Shown here in pieces: positions 19,865-30,508 of a stretch of DNA of 64,000 nucleotides (its first letter is position 1; every line of letters begins with the position of its first letter). This DNA is from an uncultured delta proteobacterium (lineage in GTDB: Bacteria; Myxococcota_A; Polyangia; Polyangiales; Polyangiaceae): positions 64,001 to 128,000 of the forward strand of contig CAWJCS010000001.1 in the NCBI GenBank assembly GCA_963841435.1. Direction: 5' to 3'. Under the pieces are notes generated by a model, which was not told the DNA's origin, searched no databases, and saw nothing but the letters and a program-made list of their open reading frames with translations. The position numbers and the translations under genes were made by a program.

Positions 19865-20941
19865 ATGACGGGGCCTTCGCCCCGTGAGGTCCCCATCGCT
19901 CGCGCTCTCGAACAAGCCGCACACTCTGCCAGCCTCGAAGTGGAGAGCACGGCCGTGCTCATGGTGTTGTCCGGCCCGCAGTCGAGTCTGCTCACGGAGC
20001 TCGCGCGGCAGAGCGGCGCCGAGGTCAGCCTGCGCGGCAACGTGATTCACCTCACGGGCGACGAGATTGACGTGACGCTCGCGTACCGCTTCCTGTGCGG
20101 CGCTGCGGAGCTCGCCGGTCGCGGCCACGAGCTCGGCCCTGCCGACGTCGCGCGCTCGCTACGCGGGCTACGTGCCGATTCCGATGCCTCGCTCGCCGAT
20201 CTGCTCGACGAGGCAATCCTCATCACGCCGAGGCGGCGTGCCGTCGTTCCGAAGACGCCGGCGCAGCGCGCGTACGTCGAGGCGATTCGCACCCACGATT
20301 TGACGTTCGGTATCGGTCCCGCGGGGACCGGCAAGACCTACCTCGCCATGGCGATGGCGGCGGCGGCGCTGGTGCAGAAGCGCGTCAAGCGGGTGATCCT
20401 CGCGCGGCCCGCCGTCGAGGCGGGCGAGAAGCTGGGCTTTCTGCCCGGCGATCTCGCGGAAAAGGTGAACCCCTACCTCCGGCCGCTCTACGACGCCCTC
20501 AACGACATGCTGGAGTTCGAGCGCGTCGAGCAGCTGCGTGAGCGCGGGCAGATCGAGGTGGCGCCGCTCGCCTTCATGCGCGGGCGAACGCTCAACGACT
20601 CCTTCGTGATTCTCGACGAGGCGCAGAACGCGACGAGCGACCAGATGCGCATGTTCCTCACGCGCCTCGGCTACGGCTCGAAAGCCGTCGTCACCGGCGA
20701 CGTGACGCAGACCGATCTGCCGCAGGGCGCACGCAGCGGCTTGCAGGAGGCGCGTGACCTTTTCGAGGGCATCGAGGGCATCGCGTTTCGCGCCTTCACC
20801 GACGCCGACGTCGTGAGGCACCCGCTCGTGCAGAAGATCGTCGTTGCGTACGAAGTGCGCGACGCGCGCCTTGCCGCCGAAAGAGCCTTGCGCGAGCGTC
20901 CTCTGCGCGAGCTCGACGATCCCGACGGGGCGCCGCGATGA
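19865..20941 (+). CDS. phoH: PhoH family ATPase
   Basis: GPAGTGKT, RPAVEAGEKLGFLPG, FMRGRT, DEAQN, TGDVTQTDLP, VVRHPLV. Confidence 0.95.
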   Translation: MTGPSPREVPIARALEQAAHSASLEVESTAVLMVLSGPQSSLLTELARQSGAEVSLRGNVIHLTGDEIDVTLAYRFLCGAAELAGRGHELGPADVARSLRGLRADSDASLADLLDEAILITPRRRAVVPKTPAQRAYVEAIRTHDLTFGIGPAGTGKTYLAMAMAAAALVQKRVKRVILARPAVEAGEKLGFLPGDLAEKVNPYLRPLYDALNDMLEFERVEQLRERGQIEVAPLAFMRGRTLNDSFVILDEAQNATSDQMRMFLTRLGYGSKAVVTGDVTQTDLPQGARSGLQEARDLFEGIEGIAFRAFTDADVVRHPLVQKIVVAYEVRDARLAAERALRERPLRELDDPDGAPR

Positions 20942-22928
20942 GCGCGGCCGCCGCGCCGGGGAGCTCGCGGAGCCGAGCCCCGCCGCGCGCGGCCAGATTG
21001 CCTTGCTCGACCGTGTCGTCGAGCGGCTGTCGGCGCGGCCCGCGCACGCGGGTGATGTCGTGGTGCGTCCCCATCCCTTCGTCGTCATGGTGCGCCGCCA
21101 CGACTTCCCCGTGCTCATCGCGCCGGCCCAGGTGTGGGACTCCGCGCGACAGCTCTTCAAGCCCTGGGCCGACAAGCTCGCGAGCGTCGAGGCGCGGCTC
21201 GTCCTGCTCGGACGTCCGAACGATGCCGATCTCGAGAAGGCGCTAAATCTCGGGGTCGCGGCGTTGCTTTCGCCGGAGCCGTCCGTCGAGGAGCTCGTGA
21301 TCGCGCTCCAACAGAGCTTCGAGGTGCTCGAGCTCAAGGCTCGCAGCGAAAGCCGGGGCAAGTGGCTCAACCGCTATCGCTACGAGCTCGGTGAGCTGAT
21401 CGAGATCGCTCGCGCCCTCACGACCGAGCGCGAGATCGACCGGCTGTTGGATCTGATTCTCGAAAAGTCGCGCTTCGTCACGGGCGCCGACGCCGGCAGC
21501 ATGTACGTCGTCGAGGGCGACGACCCGTCGCTTTTGCGACGCACGCTGCGCTTCAAGCTGAGCCAGAACGATTCGTTGTCGTTCGACTCGAGCGAGTTCA
21601 CGATGCCCATCAGCGCGCGGAGCATGGCGGGCTACGTCGCGCTCGAGCAGAAGACGCTTCGGCTCGACGACGTGTACGACATGCCGTCGGGCTCGCCGTT
21701 CGGCTTCGATCGGTCGTTCGACGAGAAGGTCGGCTACCGCACGAAGAGCATGCTGGTGACCCCGCTCACGTCGAGCCGCGGCGAGGTGATCGGCGTCATG
21801 CAGCTCATCAACAAGAAGCGCTCGCCGACGCAGAAGCTGCTCTTGCGGGAGGATTTCGACAGGGGCGTCGTCGCTTTCGACGAGCGCAGCGAGGAGCTCG
21901 TGCGAACGCTGGCGGCGCAGGCCGGCATCGCGCTCGAGAACGCCATCCTCTATGACGAAATTCGCGACATTTTCGAGGGTTTCGTGCAGGCATCCGTCGA
22001 TGCCATCGAGGCGCGCGACCCGACGACGAGCGGCCACTCGCGGCGCGTCGCCGATCTCACGGTGGGCCTCGCCATGGCCGTCGAACGCGCCGACACGGGT
22101 CCCTACCGCGCCGTCAGCTGGACGCGCGAGGACATCCGCGAGATCGAGTACGCCTCGCTGCTCCACGATTTCGGCAAGATTGGCGTGCGCGAGCACGTGC
22201 TCGTCAAGGCCAAGAAGCTCTATCCGCACGACCTCGCGCTCATCCGCCAGCGCTTCGACTTCGTGATTCGCAGCGTGGAGTCCGAAGTGCTCGCGCGCAA
22301 GCTCTCGGCGGCGTTGCGCGGCGCGCCCGCGGACGAGCTCTCGGCGCTCGACCAGGAGCTAGCGGCGCGGCGCGCCGATCTCGAGGACGCCTGGACGACC
22401 GTCGAGGGCGCGAACGAGCCGACCGTGCTCGCCGCCGGGGATTTCCAGCGCATCGAGGAGCTCGGGAGGCAGGCCTACACGCGGCTCGACGGCGTCATGG
22501 AGACGCTGCTCACCCCTCGCGAAGTGCAGTCGCTCAGCGTGATGCGCGGCTCGCTCACGAACGAGGAGTTCAACGAGATCCGCAGCCACGTGTCGCACAC
22601 TTATCGCTTTCTCTCGCAGATCCCCTGGGGGAAGACGTTTTCGCGCGTTGCCACCATCGCGGGTGCACACCACGAGCGCCTCAACGGCACCGGGTACCCG
22701 AATCGCCTGCGTGCCGAGGAGATCCCGCTGCAGTCGAAGCTCATGACCGTCAGCGACATCTTCGACGCGCTGACGGCCAGCGACCGCCCGTACAAGCGCG
22801 CCGTTCCCGTCGAGAAGGCGCTCCACATCCTCTCGCTCGAAGTGAAGGACGGGCATGTCGACCCGGACCTGATCCGCATCTTCACGGAAGCCCGGGTGTG
22901 GGAGCCCGTGATGGGAGCGCTCTATTGA
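20938..22928 (+). CDS. GAF + HD-GYP phosphodiesterase with a degenerate REC-like N-terminus; frameshift near 20960
   Basis: ATGA overlap with the phoH stop; one G missing in the run at ~20958-20961. GAF (FD..GYRTKSML, QLINK), HDFGK, HHERLNGTGYP, DIFDALT. Confidence 0.88.
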
Positions 22929-23061
22929 GGGATCGGTTGCTTCTACGGTGCTCGGCTGCCGGCCTCGCGAGCGCAGGGTGATGCGCCGCCGTGACGCACG
23001 GGGCGAAGTCGGGATGAACCGGCCGCTCGGCGCCGGGCCCGAGCGGCGTTAGGCTCGGCGC

Positions 23062-24705
23062 GTGAGCGTACGCGCGGCGCCGAGTCTCGTGCGGTCCGAG
23101 GAGGAGCTCGTCGGGCTCGCTTTTGCGCTCGGGCGTGGCCCGGCTCGCGATTGGTCGAAGGCCGAGCGAGAGCTGGCGCGTCGGGCGCCGCGACCCACCG
23201 CCGACGCCGTCGCGGGTGCGCGGCGGCGGATCGTGGCCGGTGAGGATCCGCTGGGCGAGGCACTCTGCGCGCTCCGTTCGCCGAAGGTACGTCGCGCGAG
23301 CGGTGCCGTGTACACGCCGCCGGACATCGTGCGGGTGCTCGTCGGTTCCTTCGACGACGTTCCGATCGCGCGCATCGTCGATCCGGGCGCCGGCTCGGGG
23401 CGGCTCCTGCGCGCCGCCGCGCGCCGCCACCCCGATGCCCGGCTCGTCGCCGTCGAGCGCGACCCGCTCGCCTCGCTCGTTCTGCGTGGAACGCTCCACG
23501 CCGAGGGTCTCACGCCACGGCTCACCGTGCACGCCACCGACTACCTGCGAGCCGGTCTCGGCCGGGCTCGCGGGCGCACGCTCTACGTCGCGAACCCGCC
23601 GTACGTTCGCCATCACGGGATCGACGCCGCCTCGAAGCGGTGGCTCGAGCGGCAAGCGCGGGAGCTCGGATTGCGGGCGAGCTTGCTCTCGGGGCTCCAC
23701 GTCTACTTCTGGGTCGCGACGCTGCTCGGGGCGCGCGCGGGCGACGTCGGCTGCTTCGTCACGTCATCGGAGTGGCTCGACGTAAACTACGGGGCCCTCG
23801 TGCGGACGCTCCTGGTCGGGCCCCTCGGCGGGCTGGGCATCGACCTTTTGGCCCCGTCCGTCGCCGCGTTCGCGGACGCGCAGACGACGGCTTCGATCGT
23901 GCGTTTCGAGGTGGGAGCCGCGCCTGCGACCCTGTCGTTCCGGGAACTTCGCGAGGTCGGGGAGCCACCGCGCCGAGCCCGCGTGCGCATCGTGCACCGG
24001 GAGACGCTTTCGCGCGCGGCGCGCTGGACGCCGCTGTTCCGGGCCACGCCGCGGCGACGCGGCGCGTACGTCGAGCTCGGCGAGCTCTGTCGCGTTCACC
24101 GCGGACAGGTGACGGGTGCGAATCGTATCTGGATTGCGGGGCTTCACAGCGACGAGCTTCCCGAGTCGCTGTCGTTCCCCGCCATCACGCGGGCCCGCGA
24201 GCTGTTCGCGAGCGGCGCTGTCCTCGACGATCTCGGCGAGCTGAGACGCGTCATCGACCTGCCCGAGGATCTGGGCGAGCTCACGCCGACGGAGCGGCGA
24301 TTGGTGGAGCGTTTTCTCAGGCGAGCTCGCGCCATGGGGGCGGCATCGGGCTACGTCGCGAGCCACCGGCGCGCCTGGTGGTCGGTCGGGCTCCACGCGC
24401 CGGCGCCGATTCTCGCGACGTACATGGCGCGGCGCCCGCCGGCGTTCGTCGTCAATCGCGCGGGCGCGCGGCACATCAACGTGGCGCACGGGCTCTATCC
24501 GCGCGTTCCACTCGGGGAGCGAGCGCTCGCTGCCCTCGCGGCCCACCTTGGTTCGTCTACCGTGGTCGCGGACGGGCGCACATACGCTGGCGGGCTCACG
24601 AAGTTCGAGCCAAGAGAGATGGAGCGGCTGCTCGTGCCGTGTGACGCCGAGCTCGAGCGGTCGCTCGCGGGGACCGGCGAGCGCGGCGGGCGAGCCGCCG
24701 AATAG
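23062..24705 (+). CDS. Amino (N6-adenine type) DNA methyltransferase, gamma-class motif order, with no adjacent endonuclease
   Basis: YTP, motif I DPGAGSG, motif IV NPPY, C-terminal RTYAGGLTKFEPRE reminiscent of SalI/XamI-like MTases. Confidence 0.88.
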   Translation: MSVRAAPSLVRSEEELVGLAFALGRGPARDWSKAERELARRAPRPTADAVAGARRRIVAGEDPLGEALCALRSPKVRRASGAVYTPPDIVRVLVGSFDDVPIARIVDPGAGSGRLLRAAARRHPDARLVAVERDPLASLVLRGTLHAEGLTPRLTVHATDYLRAGLGRARGRTLYVANPPYVRHHGIDAASKRWLERQARELGLRASLLSGLHVYFWVATLLGARAGDVGCFVTSSEWLDVNYGALVRTLLVGPLGGLGIDLLAPSVAAFADAQTTASIVRFEVGAAPATLSFRELREVGEPPRRARVRIVHRETLSRAARWTPLFRATPRRRGAYVELGELCRVHRGQVTGANRIWIAGLHSDELPESLSFPAITRARELFASGAVLDDLGELRRVIDLPEDLGELTPTERRLVERFLRRARAMGAASGYVASHRRAWWSVGLHAPAPILATYMARRPPAFVVNRAGARHINVAHGLYPRVPLGERALAALAAHLGSSTVVADGRTYAGGLTKFEPREMERLLVPCDAELERSLAGTGERGGRAAE

Positions 24706-24710
24706 GGCGT

Positions 24711-24793
24711 CGTCGCGCGCGCCGCTTTGCTCACGCGAGAACGGTCAACTTCGTGGTCGCGGCTCGTCGAGCAAAGTGGCGCGCTCTGCGACG
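24711..24793. other. Long imperfect inverted repeat (stem-loop)
   Basis: CGTCGC-GCGCGCCGCTTTGCTC pairs with GAGCAAAGTGGCGCGC-TCT-GCGACG: about 22 bp with one G-U pair and a 3-nt bulge. Confidence 0.55.
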
Positions 24794-24926
24794 GAGCGTT
24801 GCGCCAGAAGGCGTCAGTCTTCGCGCGTCTCACCTCTTCGGGCGACGTACTTCGTCGGGCTATGTGGAATGGCGACGCGCGAACGAAATGCTGACGGGTT
24901 CCTTCGAGCGGGAGCAACTAAGCACC

Positions 24927-26371
24927 ATGCCCCGTCCCATCTCCGCCCCTTGCTTTACTGTGGCCCGTGCAGCGCTGGCCCTATCCGCCCTGTGCCCCTG
25001 GCCTGCGGCAGCGCGGCAAATGGGGACGATGGCGCTCTGGGCGTCGGCGGCGCGGGCGGTTCCGGTGGAAGCGGTGGCACTGCCGGGGGCGCGGTCGGTG
25101 GCAGTGCAGGCTTGGGGGGCGGGGGATCGGGCGTCGGCGGTACCGCGGGAACCGGAGGTGGGCTCGGTGGCGTCGGTGGCGCCGCGGGCCTCGGTGGCTC
25201 CGGTGCGGGAGGCAGAGGAGGGAGCGCCGGGCTCGGCGGAGGTCAGGGTGGCAGCGCCGGGGCAGCAGCGAGCGCTGGTGCGAGCGGGTCCGCCGGCATG
25301 GCCGGGACGGCGGGAAAGGCCGGTGCCGGTGGTGGCGCCGGCATCGGCGGTATGGGCGGCTCGAGCGGTGCGAGTGGCTCGAGTGGCTCGGGCGGTTCGA
25401 GCGGCGGCGCCGGCATGGCGGGCACGGGTGGCACCGGGGACTGCATGACGCCGCCCACGGCGAGCCCCTCGGTCGGGTGGGCAAGCGTCAACGCGTCGGG
25501 GGTGAACGGCACGACCGGCGGCGGCGACGGGACGCCCGTCGTCGTCACGTCGGCGTCGAGCCTGAGCTCGAACATCTCCGGCAACACCGCGCGCGTCATC
25601 TACGTCAACGGTTCCCTCAGCGGCAGCTTCAGCATCGGCTCCAACAAGACCATCGTCGGTGTTTGCGGCGCCCAGCTCAAGGGTCACATCGAGGTCAACG
25701 GCTCGTCGAACGTCATCGTCCGCAACATCAAGATCGTCGGCAACAACTGCTCCGACAGTCCCCAGGATTGCAGCTCGGGCGCCGACGCCGTGAGCGTCAC
25801 GAACGACGCGCATCACGTCTGGTTCGACCACACCGACATTTCCGACGGCTCGGACGGCAACTTCGACATCAACCACCGCTCCGATTACATCACGATTTCC
25901 TACACGAAGTTCTCGTACTCCTCGGCGCGCACCGATCCGCAGGCGGGCTCGAGCGGCCACCGCTTCTCGAATCTCATCAGCTCGTCCGACAGCGATACGT
26001 CGGACGCCGGGCACCTGAGGATCACGTTCCACCACGATTGGTGGGAAAAAAACGTGGACCAGCGCATGCCGCGCACGCGCTTCGGCCGCATCCACGTCTT
26101 CAACAATCTGTATACGACGAGCGGCAACCTCTACTGCACGAGCAGCGGCTACCAGGCGTCGCTCCTGGTCGAAAACAACGTCTACATCGGCGTCAAGAAC
26201 CCGCTCGAGGTGCGCGACGGCGGCGACATGCGCGCGACCGGCAACGTCTTCACGAATACGAGCGGGACGAGCAGCGCGAACGGCTCGGGCTTCACGCCGG
26301 GTTACACCTACACCCTCGACGCGACCTCGGGGCTCGAAGCCTCGCTCAGGGCCGAGGTCGGGCCGCACTGA
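24927..26371 (+). CDS. Pectate lyase, PL1 lipoprotein with Gly-rich linker; frameshift near 24996
   Basis: GTTGG, SNKTIVG, NVIVRNI, VWFDH, DGNFD, ITFHH, QRMPRTRFG. Adding one base near 24996 restores a signal peptide ending LAC. Confidence 0.93.
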
Positions 26372-26418
26372 GGCGGCGCGGCCCTCGCGTGGTCGCGCGC
26401 GCTCGGAGGGAGCAGCGG

Positions 26419-28236
26419 CTACGGGACGACGACGATTTGCAGCTGGATCGTCGCCGCTTCCGAGCTGCTCGTCCAATAGATATATTCGATCGAGCTGGAG
26501 CTGCTCAACGTCGTTTCGCGTGCACCCCACGCGAACCCGCCGCCTCGCGCCGCGGAGACGGCAGACACGCCCGCCGCGCTGAACGGAACGTTCAAGATGT
26601 TGCCGACGGTTCCGGCGCTCAGCGTGACCGAGCCGTAGGCGGAACCGCTACCGAGGTCGTTGTAGACGGTCGCACCCGACCCCTGTGCCTGGGCCCCGAC
26701 GAGCGTCGAGATCGGCGTCGAGACATCGTAGAAGGTGACGCTCTCAGTGGCGTCCGGGCTCGAGTAGGCAGCGTGGATGATGCGGAGCGTGACGCTGCTC
26801 ACCACACCCTGGAAGCTCGGGATAGAGAAAGTCGCGAACGAGTTTTCCGGGTAGGTGCAGCAATAGCCCGTGAGGGTGTTCTTGTTGGTCGGATCATGCC
26901 AGCCGTCCGAACGGACCCAGCCGCGGTCGGTGTGGTTGACAGACAGCGTCGCGTTGCTACAGATAGAGCCGGTCCAGGGCGGGGAACAGCTGCACGAGTA
27001 GCTCCCGGGCGTGTTGGAGCAACTGCCGCCGTTGCGGCACGGGCTGCTCGAGCACTCGTTGATGTCCGTGCAGCCGGTAGCGCCGTTGCCCGTGTAGCCC
27101 GAGGGGCAGGCGCCGCAGGTGCGCCCGCCGATGGTGTTGGTGCACGTGGTCAACGCGTCGCAACCGCCGTTGCCTGACAGGCACTCGTTCACGTCCACGC
27201 AACCCGTGGTGCCGTTGCCGCTGTAGCCCGTGGGACAATTGCCGCAGGTACGTCCGCCGACGGTGTTGGTGCAGGTGGTCAGCGGATCGCAGCCACCGTT
27301 GCCGCTGGCGCACTCGTTGATATCCATGCACCCGCTGGCGCCGTTGCCGCTGTAGCCGGACGGGCACGCGCCGCAGGTACGGCTTCCCGTCGTGTTCGTG
27401 CACGTCGTCAGCGGATCGCAGCCGCCGTTGTCGGTCGCGCACTCGTCGATGTCCTGATCGCAGTCCGTGCCGTCGTACCCGGTACCGGTGCAGTCGCACG
27501 TGTATCGGTTGACGCGGTCCGTACAGGTGCCGTGCACGCACGGATCGGAAGCGCACTCGTCGATGTCGATCTCGCAGCTGTCGCCCATGTAGCCGGTGCC
27601 GGTGCAGTCGCAAGTGCGCGAGATGCCGACATCGGTGCAGGCGCCACCGTGCTCGCAGGGCGAGGCCGCGCAGTCGAGGATCTGCGCCTGGCACTTCGCG
27701 CCCGTGTAGCCCGTGCCGGTGCAATCGCAGGTGTACGCGTTGACACCGTTGACGCACACGCCGTGGGTGCACGGGTTCGGCGTGCAGTCGTCGATGTTGG
27801 TCTGGCAGCGCGTACCCGTGTAGCCCGCGTCGCAGGTGCAGGTGTACGAGGCTCCGTCTTCCATGCAGGTGCCGTGGTCGCACGGGTCTGGATTGCAGCC
27901 GCTCATCACGGCGCCGCCGCCCTCGCCACCGATCTGCATCATGCCGGCTTCGCCACCCTCGCTGATCATCCCCGCTTCACCGGCCGCCCCGCCGCCACCG
28001 CTGCCGCCACCGGCGCGGCCACCGGTGGAAGCACCGGCCTTGCCACCCGTGGTGCCCCCGCTCGACCCGCCTTTGCCTCCCGCGCCGCCGAGCGCTCCGC
28101 CGCTGCCTCCCGTGCCGCCGGTCTCGTCGGAGAACGTGTAGTCGTCCTTGTTCTCCACCGTACAGGCCCACAGGGTGAGCAGCGCCAGGGCCACCGCGGT
28201 CGGGCCCCGCCGCGTCATGCTGAAGATCGACGTCAT
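26419..28236 (-). CDS. Lipoprotein with eight EGF-like (mostly calcium-binding-type) repeats and a C-terminal beta-domain
   Basis: Lipobox LWAC, Gly linker, repeats with the DIDEC/DINEC...C.C..GY.G..C pattern. Confidence 0.9.
   Translation of the reverse strand: MTSIFSMTRRGPTAVALALLTLWACTVENKDDYTFSDETGGTGGSGGALGGAGGKGGSSGGTTGGKAGASTGGRAGGGSGGGGAAGEAGMISEGGEAGMMQIGGEGGGAVMSGCNPDPCDHGTCMEDGASYTCTCDAGYTGTRCQTNIDDCTPNPCTHGVCVNGVNAYTCDCTGTGYTGAKCQAQILDCAASPCEHGGACTDVGISRTCDCTGTGYMGDSCEIDIDECASDPCVHGTCTDRVNRYTCDCTGTGYDGTDCDQDIDECATDNGGCDPLTTCTNTTGSRTCGACPSGYSGNGASGCMDINECASGNGGCDPLTTCTNTVGGRTCGNCPTGYSGNGTTGCVDVNECLSGNGGCDALTTCTNTIGGRTCGACPSGYTGNGATGCTDINECSSSPCRNGGSCSNTPGSYSCSCSPPWTGSICSNATLSVNHTDRGWVRSDGWHDPTNKNTLTGYCCTYPENSFATFSIPSFQGVVSSVTLRIIHAAYSSPDATESVTFYDVSTPISTLVGAQAQGSGATVYNDLGSGSAYGSVTLSAGTVGNILNVPFSAAGVSAVSAARGGGFAWGARETTLSSSSSIEYIYWTSSSEAATIQLQIVVVP
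27065..27455 (-). repeat. Three imperfect ~129-bp tandem repeats encoding cubilin-like EGF units
   Basis: D(I/V)(D/N)EC...NGGCD(P/A)LTTCTNT.G.RTCG.CP.GY.GNG..GC occurs three times. Confidence 0.8.
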
Positions 28237-28545
28237 TTCACGCTCCAGGAAGCAAGGAGCCGAGCGAGGATCTGCCCGGCCTACCGAGCGCCAGAGTGGC
28301 AGAGAACCCGAGACATTTCTGAGATCCTTCGCTCGTTTCAGCGACGCGGGAAGGCGCCCGCTGGCCGGACGAGACGGCCTTCGACGGAACGACGGGCCCG
28401 CGAGACCGCGAGCACCGCTCAGGCGGTGCCGACGCCGCGCGCTCGCCGTGGCGATGTCGGGTGGAGGGCGCTCGTCTCGCACCTATCCCGACCTTCGGCG
28501 CGGCCGCCGACGAGCGCTGCGGCCGGCTCGTGCGCGCCACGCCCG

Positions 28546-29643
28546 TCAGGCGATGCGCGTCTTCGAGAGCACGTCGTCGCGCAGCTTGAGCCCGACGCCC
28601 GGCGCTTGCGGCAGCTCGTAGTGGCCGTCCTTCACGTCGATCGGCTCCTCCCAGATGTGCGCGATCGATTCGTAGCAGTTCTCCACCATCATCACGGCGG
28701 GCGTCGCGGCGGCGAGCTGCACGTGGAGCTTCTGCTGCACGTTCGTGTGCGGGATGACCGGCAGCCCTGCCGTGCCGGCGAGCGCCGCCACGTCGAGCCA
28801 CTCGTCGATCCCGGTCAGCTTCGTGGCGTCCGCCTGAACGATCTGCACGGCGCCCTGCTCGATGAAGTCGCGGAATGCGTGGCGCGTGTAGATGGTCTCG
28901 CCGACGGCGATGGGCACGCGGATGGCGCGTGCGAGCTCGGCGTGGCCCCGCACGTCGAACGGGTGCAGCGGCTCCTCGAGCCACCGCACGTCCAGCTCCC
29001 CGAGCCGCTCGCCCCAGTGCTTTGCCGTGCCGAGCGACCACGCGCAATTGGCGTCCGTCATGATGCCGATCGCGTCGCCGACGGCGCGGCGCACCGCCTT
29101 GACGCGCTCGAAGTCCTCACGGGGATCGGGGCGGCCGAGCTTGATCTTCACGGCGTCGAAGCCGCGTGCGACGAGACGCGTCGCATCGCGCACGAGCTCG
29201 TCTTGTGACCAACTGAGCCAGCCTCCGTCGGTGCTGTACGCCTTGACGCGTTCGCGGCAGGGGCCGAGAAAGCGCCAGAGCGGTAGCCCGGCCCGCTTGC
29301 AAGCGATGTCCCAGAGTGCAAAGTCGACGGCGGCGAGCCCCACGGCGGCGGCACCGACGCGACCGACGAAGTGGTTCGAAAAATAGCAGGCTCGATGGAG
29401 CTCCTTGCGGCGCTCGGGGTCGCCGCCGACGAGCAACGGGGCGTAGCAATCGTCTATGCTCACCTGCGCGGCGCGAAGGCCCGGCGTGTAGCTCCAGTTC
29501 ATGCCGTAGCCCGTGACGCCGTCGTCGGTCTCGAGCACGACCTGGAGGAACTCGACGTTTTCGACCCGCGTCTGCGAATCGGTGATGGTGCGCTGCGCGA
29601 GCGGCACCCGGCAGAGAATCGTCGAGACTTTGGTGATGCGCAT
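28546..29643 (-). CDS. Mandelate racemase/MLE family enzyme, probable sugar-acid dehydratase
   Basis: KxK (KIK), metal ligands DAN, EEP and GE, catalytic His in IPH. Confidence 0.9.
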   Translation of the reverse strand: MRITKVSTILCRVPLAQRTITDSQTRVENVEFLQVVLETDDGVTGYGMNWSYTPGLRAAQVSIDDCYAPLLVGGDPERRKELHRACYFSNHFVGRVGAAAVGLAAVDFALWDIACKRAGLPLWRFLGPCRERVKAYSTDGGWLSWSQDELVRDATRLVARGFDAVKIKLGRPDPREDFERVKAVRRAVGDAIGIMTDANCAWSLGTAKHWGERLGELDVRWLEEPLHPFDVRGHAELARAIRVPIAVGETIYTRHAFRDFIEQGAVQIVQADATKLTGIDEWLDVAALAGTAGLPVIPHTNVQQKLHVQLAAATPAVMMVENCYESIAHIWEEPIDVKDGHYELPQAPGVGLKLRDDVLSKTRIA

Positions 29644-29700
29644 GCGGCTCCTACTGGTACGGCGACGTCTTTCGTCTTCTTCTCGCGGGCGTCGCCGCGC

Positions 29701-30480
29701 CTAGTGTACGAGCACGCCGCCGTCGATCGGCAGCGCCTGTCCGGTGATCATCCGCGCCGCGTCCGAGCAGAGATAGAGCACGAGCTCGGCGACCTCTTCG
29801 GGCCGCACCATGCGGCCGAGCGGCTGGTACGCCGAGAGCTCGGCGAAGACCTCCGCCTCCCGCCCGGGATAGTGCTCCTTCAAGTATCCGTCGACGAAGG
29901 GCGTGTGCACGCGAGCGGGGCAAACGCAGTTACAGCGGATGCCCTGCTTCTCGAAATCCACGGCGATGGAGCGCGTCATCGCAAGCACGGCGCCCTTCGT
30001 CATGGTGTACGCGAAGCGGTCGGCGAGACCGATCAGGGAGACGATCGAGCCGAGGTTCACGATCGAACCGCCGCCCGTCGCGAGCATGCGGGTTGCGGCG
30101 CTCTTGCAGCAGAGGAACGTGCCTTTCACGTTGACGCGGAACAGGCGTTCGAAATCGTCGTCGCTCGTCGTCGCGAGCGTGCCGACGTGCGCGACACCGG
30201 CGCTGTTTACGAGCGCGTCGAGGCGACGGGAGGTTTGGACGATGCGGCCGAAGGTCGCGTCGACGGCCGTGGCGTCCGCCACGTCCACGACGGCCGCGAA
30301 CGCCGCGAGCCCGCTTTCGTGCAGGGAAGCGGCGACGCGCTCGGCCGCCCCCGGGCCCAGGTCGAGCACGTGCACGACGGCACCCTCGGCCGCGAGCAGC
30401 CGCGCCGTCGCCTCGCCGATGCCCGAGCCGCCACCCGTGACGGCCACGACCTTGCCCCGGACCTGGATGCTGGAAGCCAT
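29701..30480 (-). CDS. SDR oxidoreductase, 2-keto-3-deoxy-L-fuconate dehydrogenase-like
   Basis: TGGGSGIG, NSAG, YxxxK (YTMTK), CPARVHTPFVD. Confidence 0.88.
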   Translation of the reverse strand: MASSIQVRGKVVAVTGGGSGIGEATARLLAAEGAVVHVLDLGPGAAERVAASLHESGLAAFAAVVDVADATAVDATFGRIVQTSRRLDALVNSAGVAHVGTLATTSDDDFERLFRVNVKGTFLCCKSAATRMLATGGGSIVNLGSIVSLIGLADRFAYTMTKGAVLAMTRSIAVDFEKQGIRCNCVCPARVHTPFVDGYLKEHYPGREAEVFAELSAYQPLGRMVRPEEVAELVLYLCSDAARMITGQALPIDGGVLVH

Positions 30481-30508
30481 GCGCCGAGGAAGCTAGCATT
30501 TCTGCTGC

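Noticed and set aside
23062-24705. Defence island or mobile element around the methyltransferase
   Set aside because: The flanks are ordinary chromosomal genes, with no visible GC shift, direct repeats, nuclease or recombinase.
24711-24793. Hairpin considered as an integron attC site
   Set aside because: Lacks RYYYAAC/GTTRRRY ends, and there is no integrase or cassette array.
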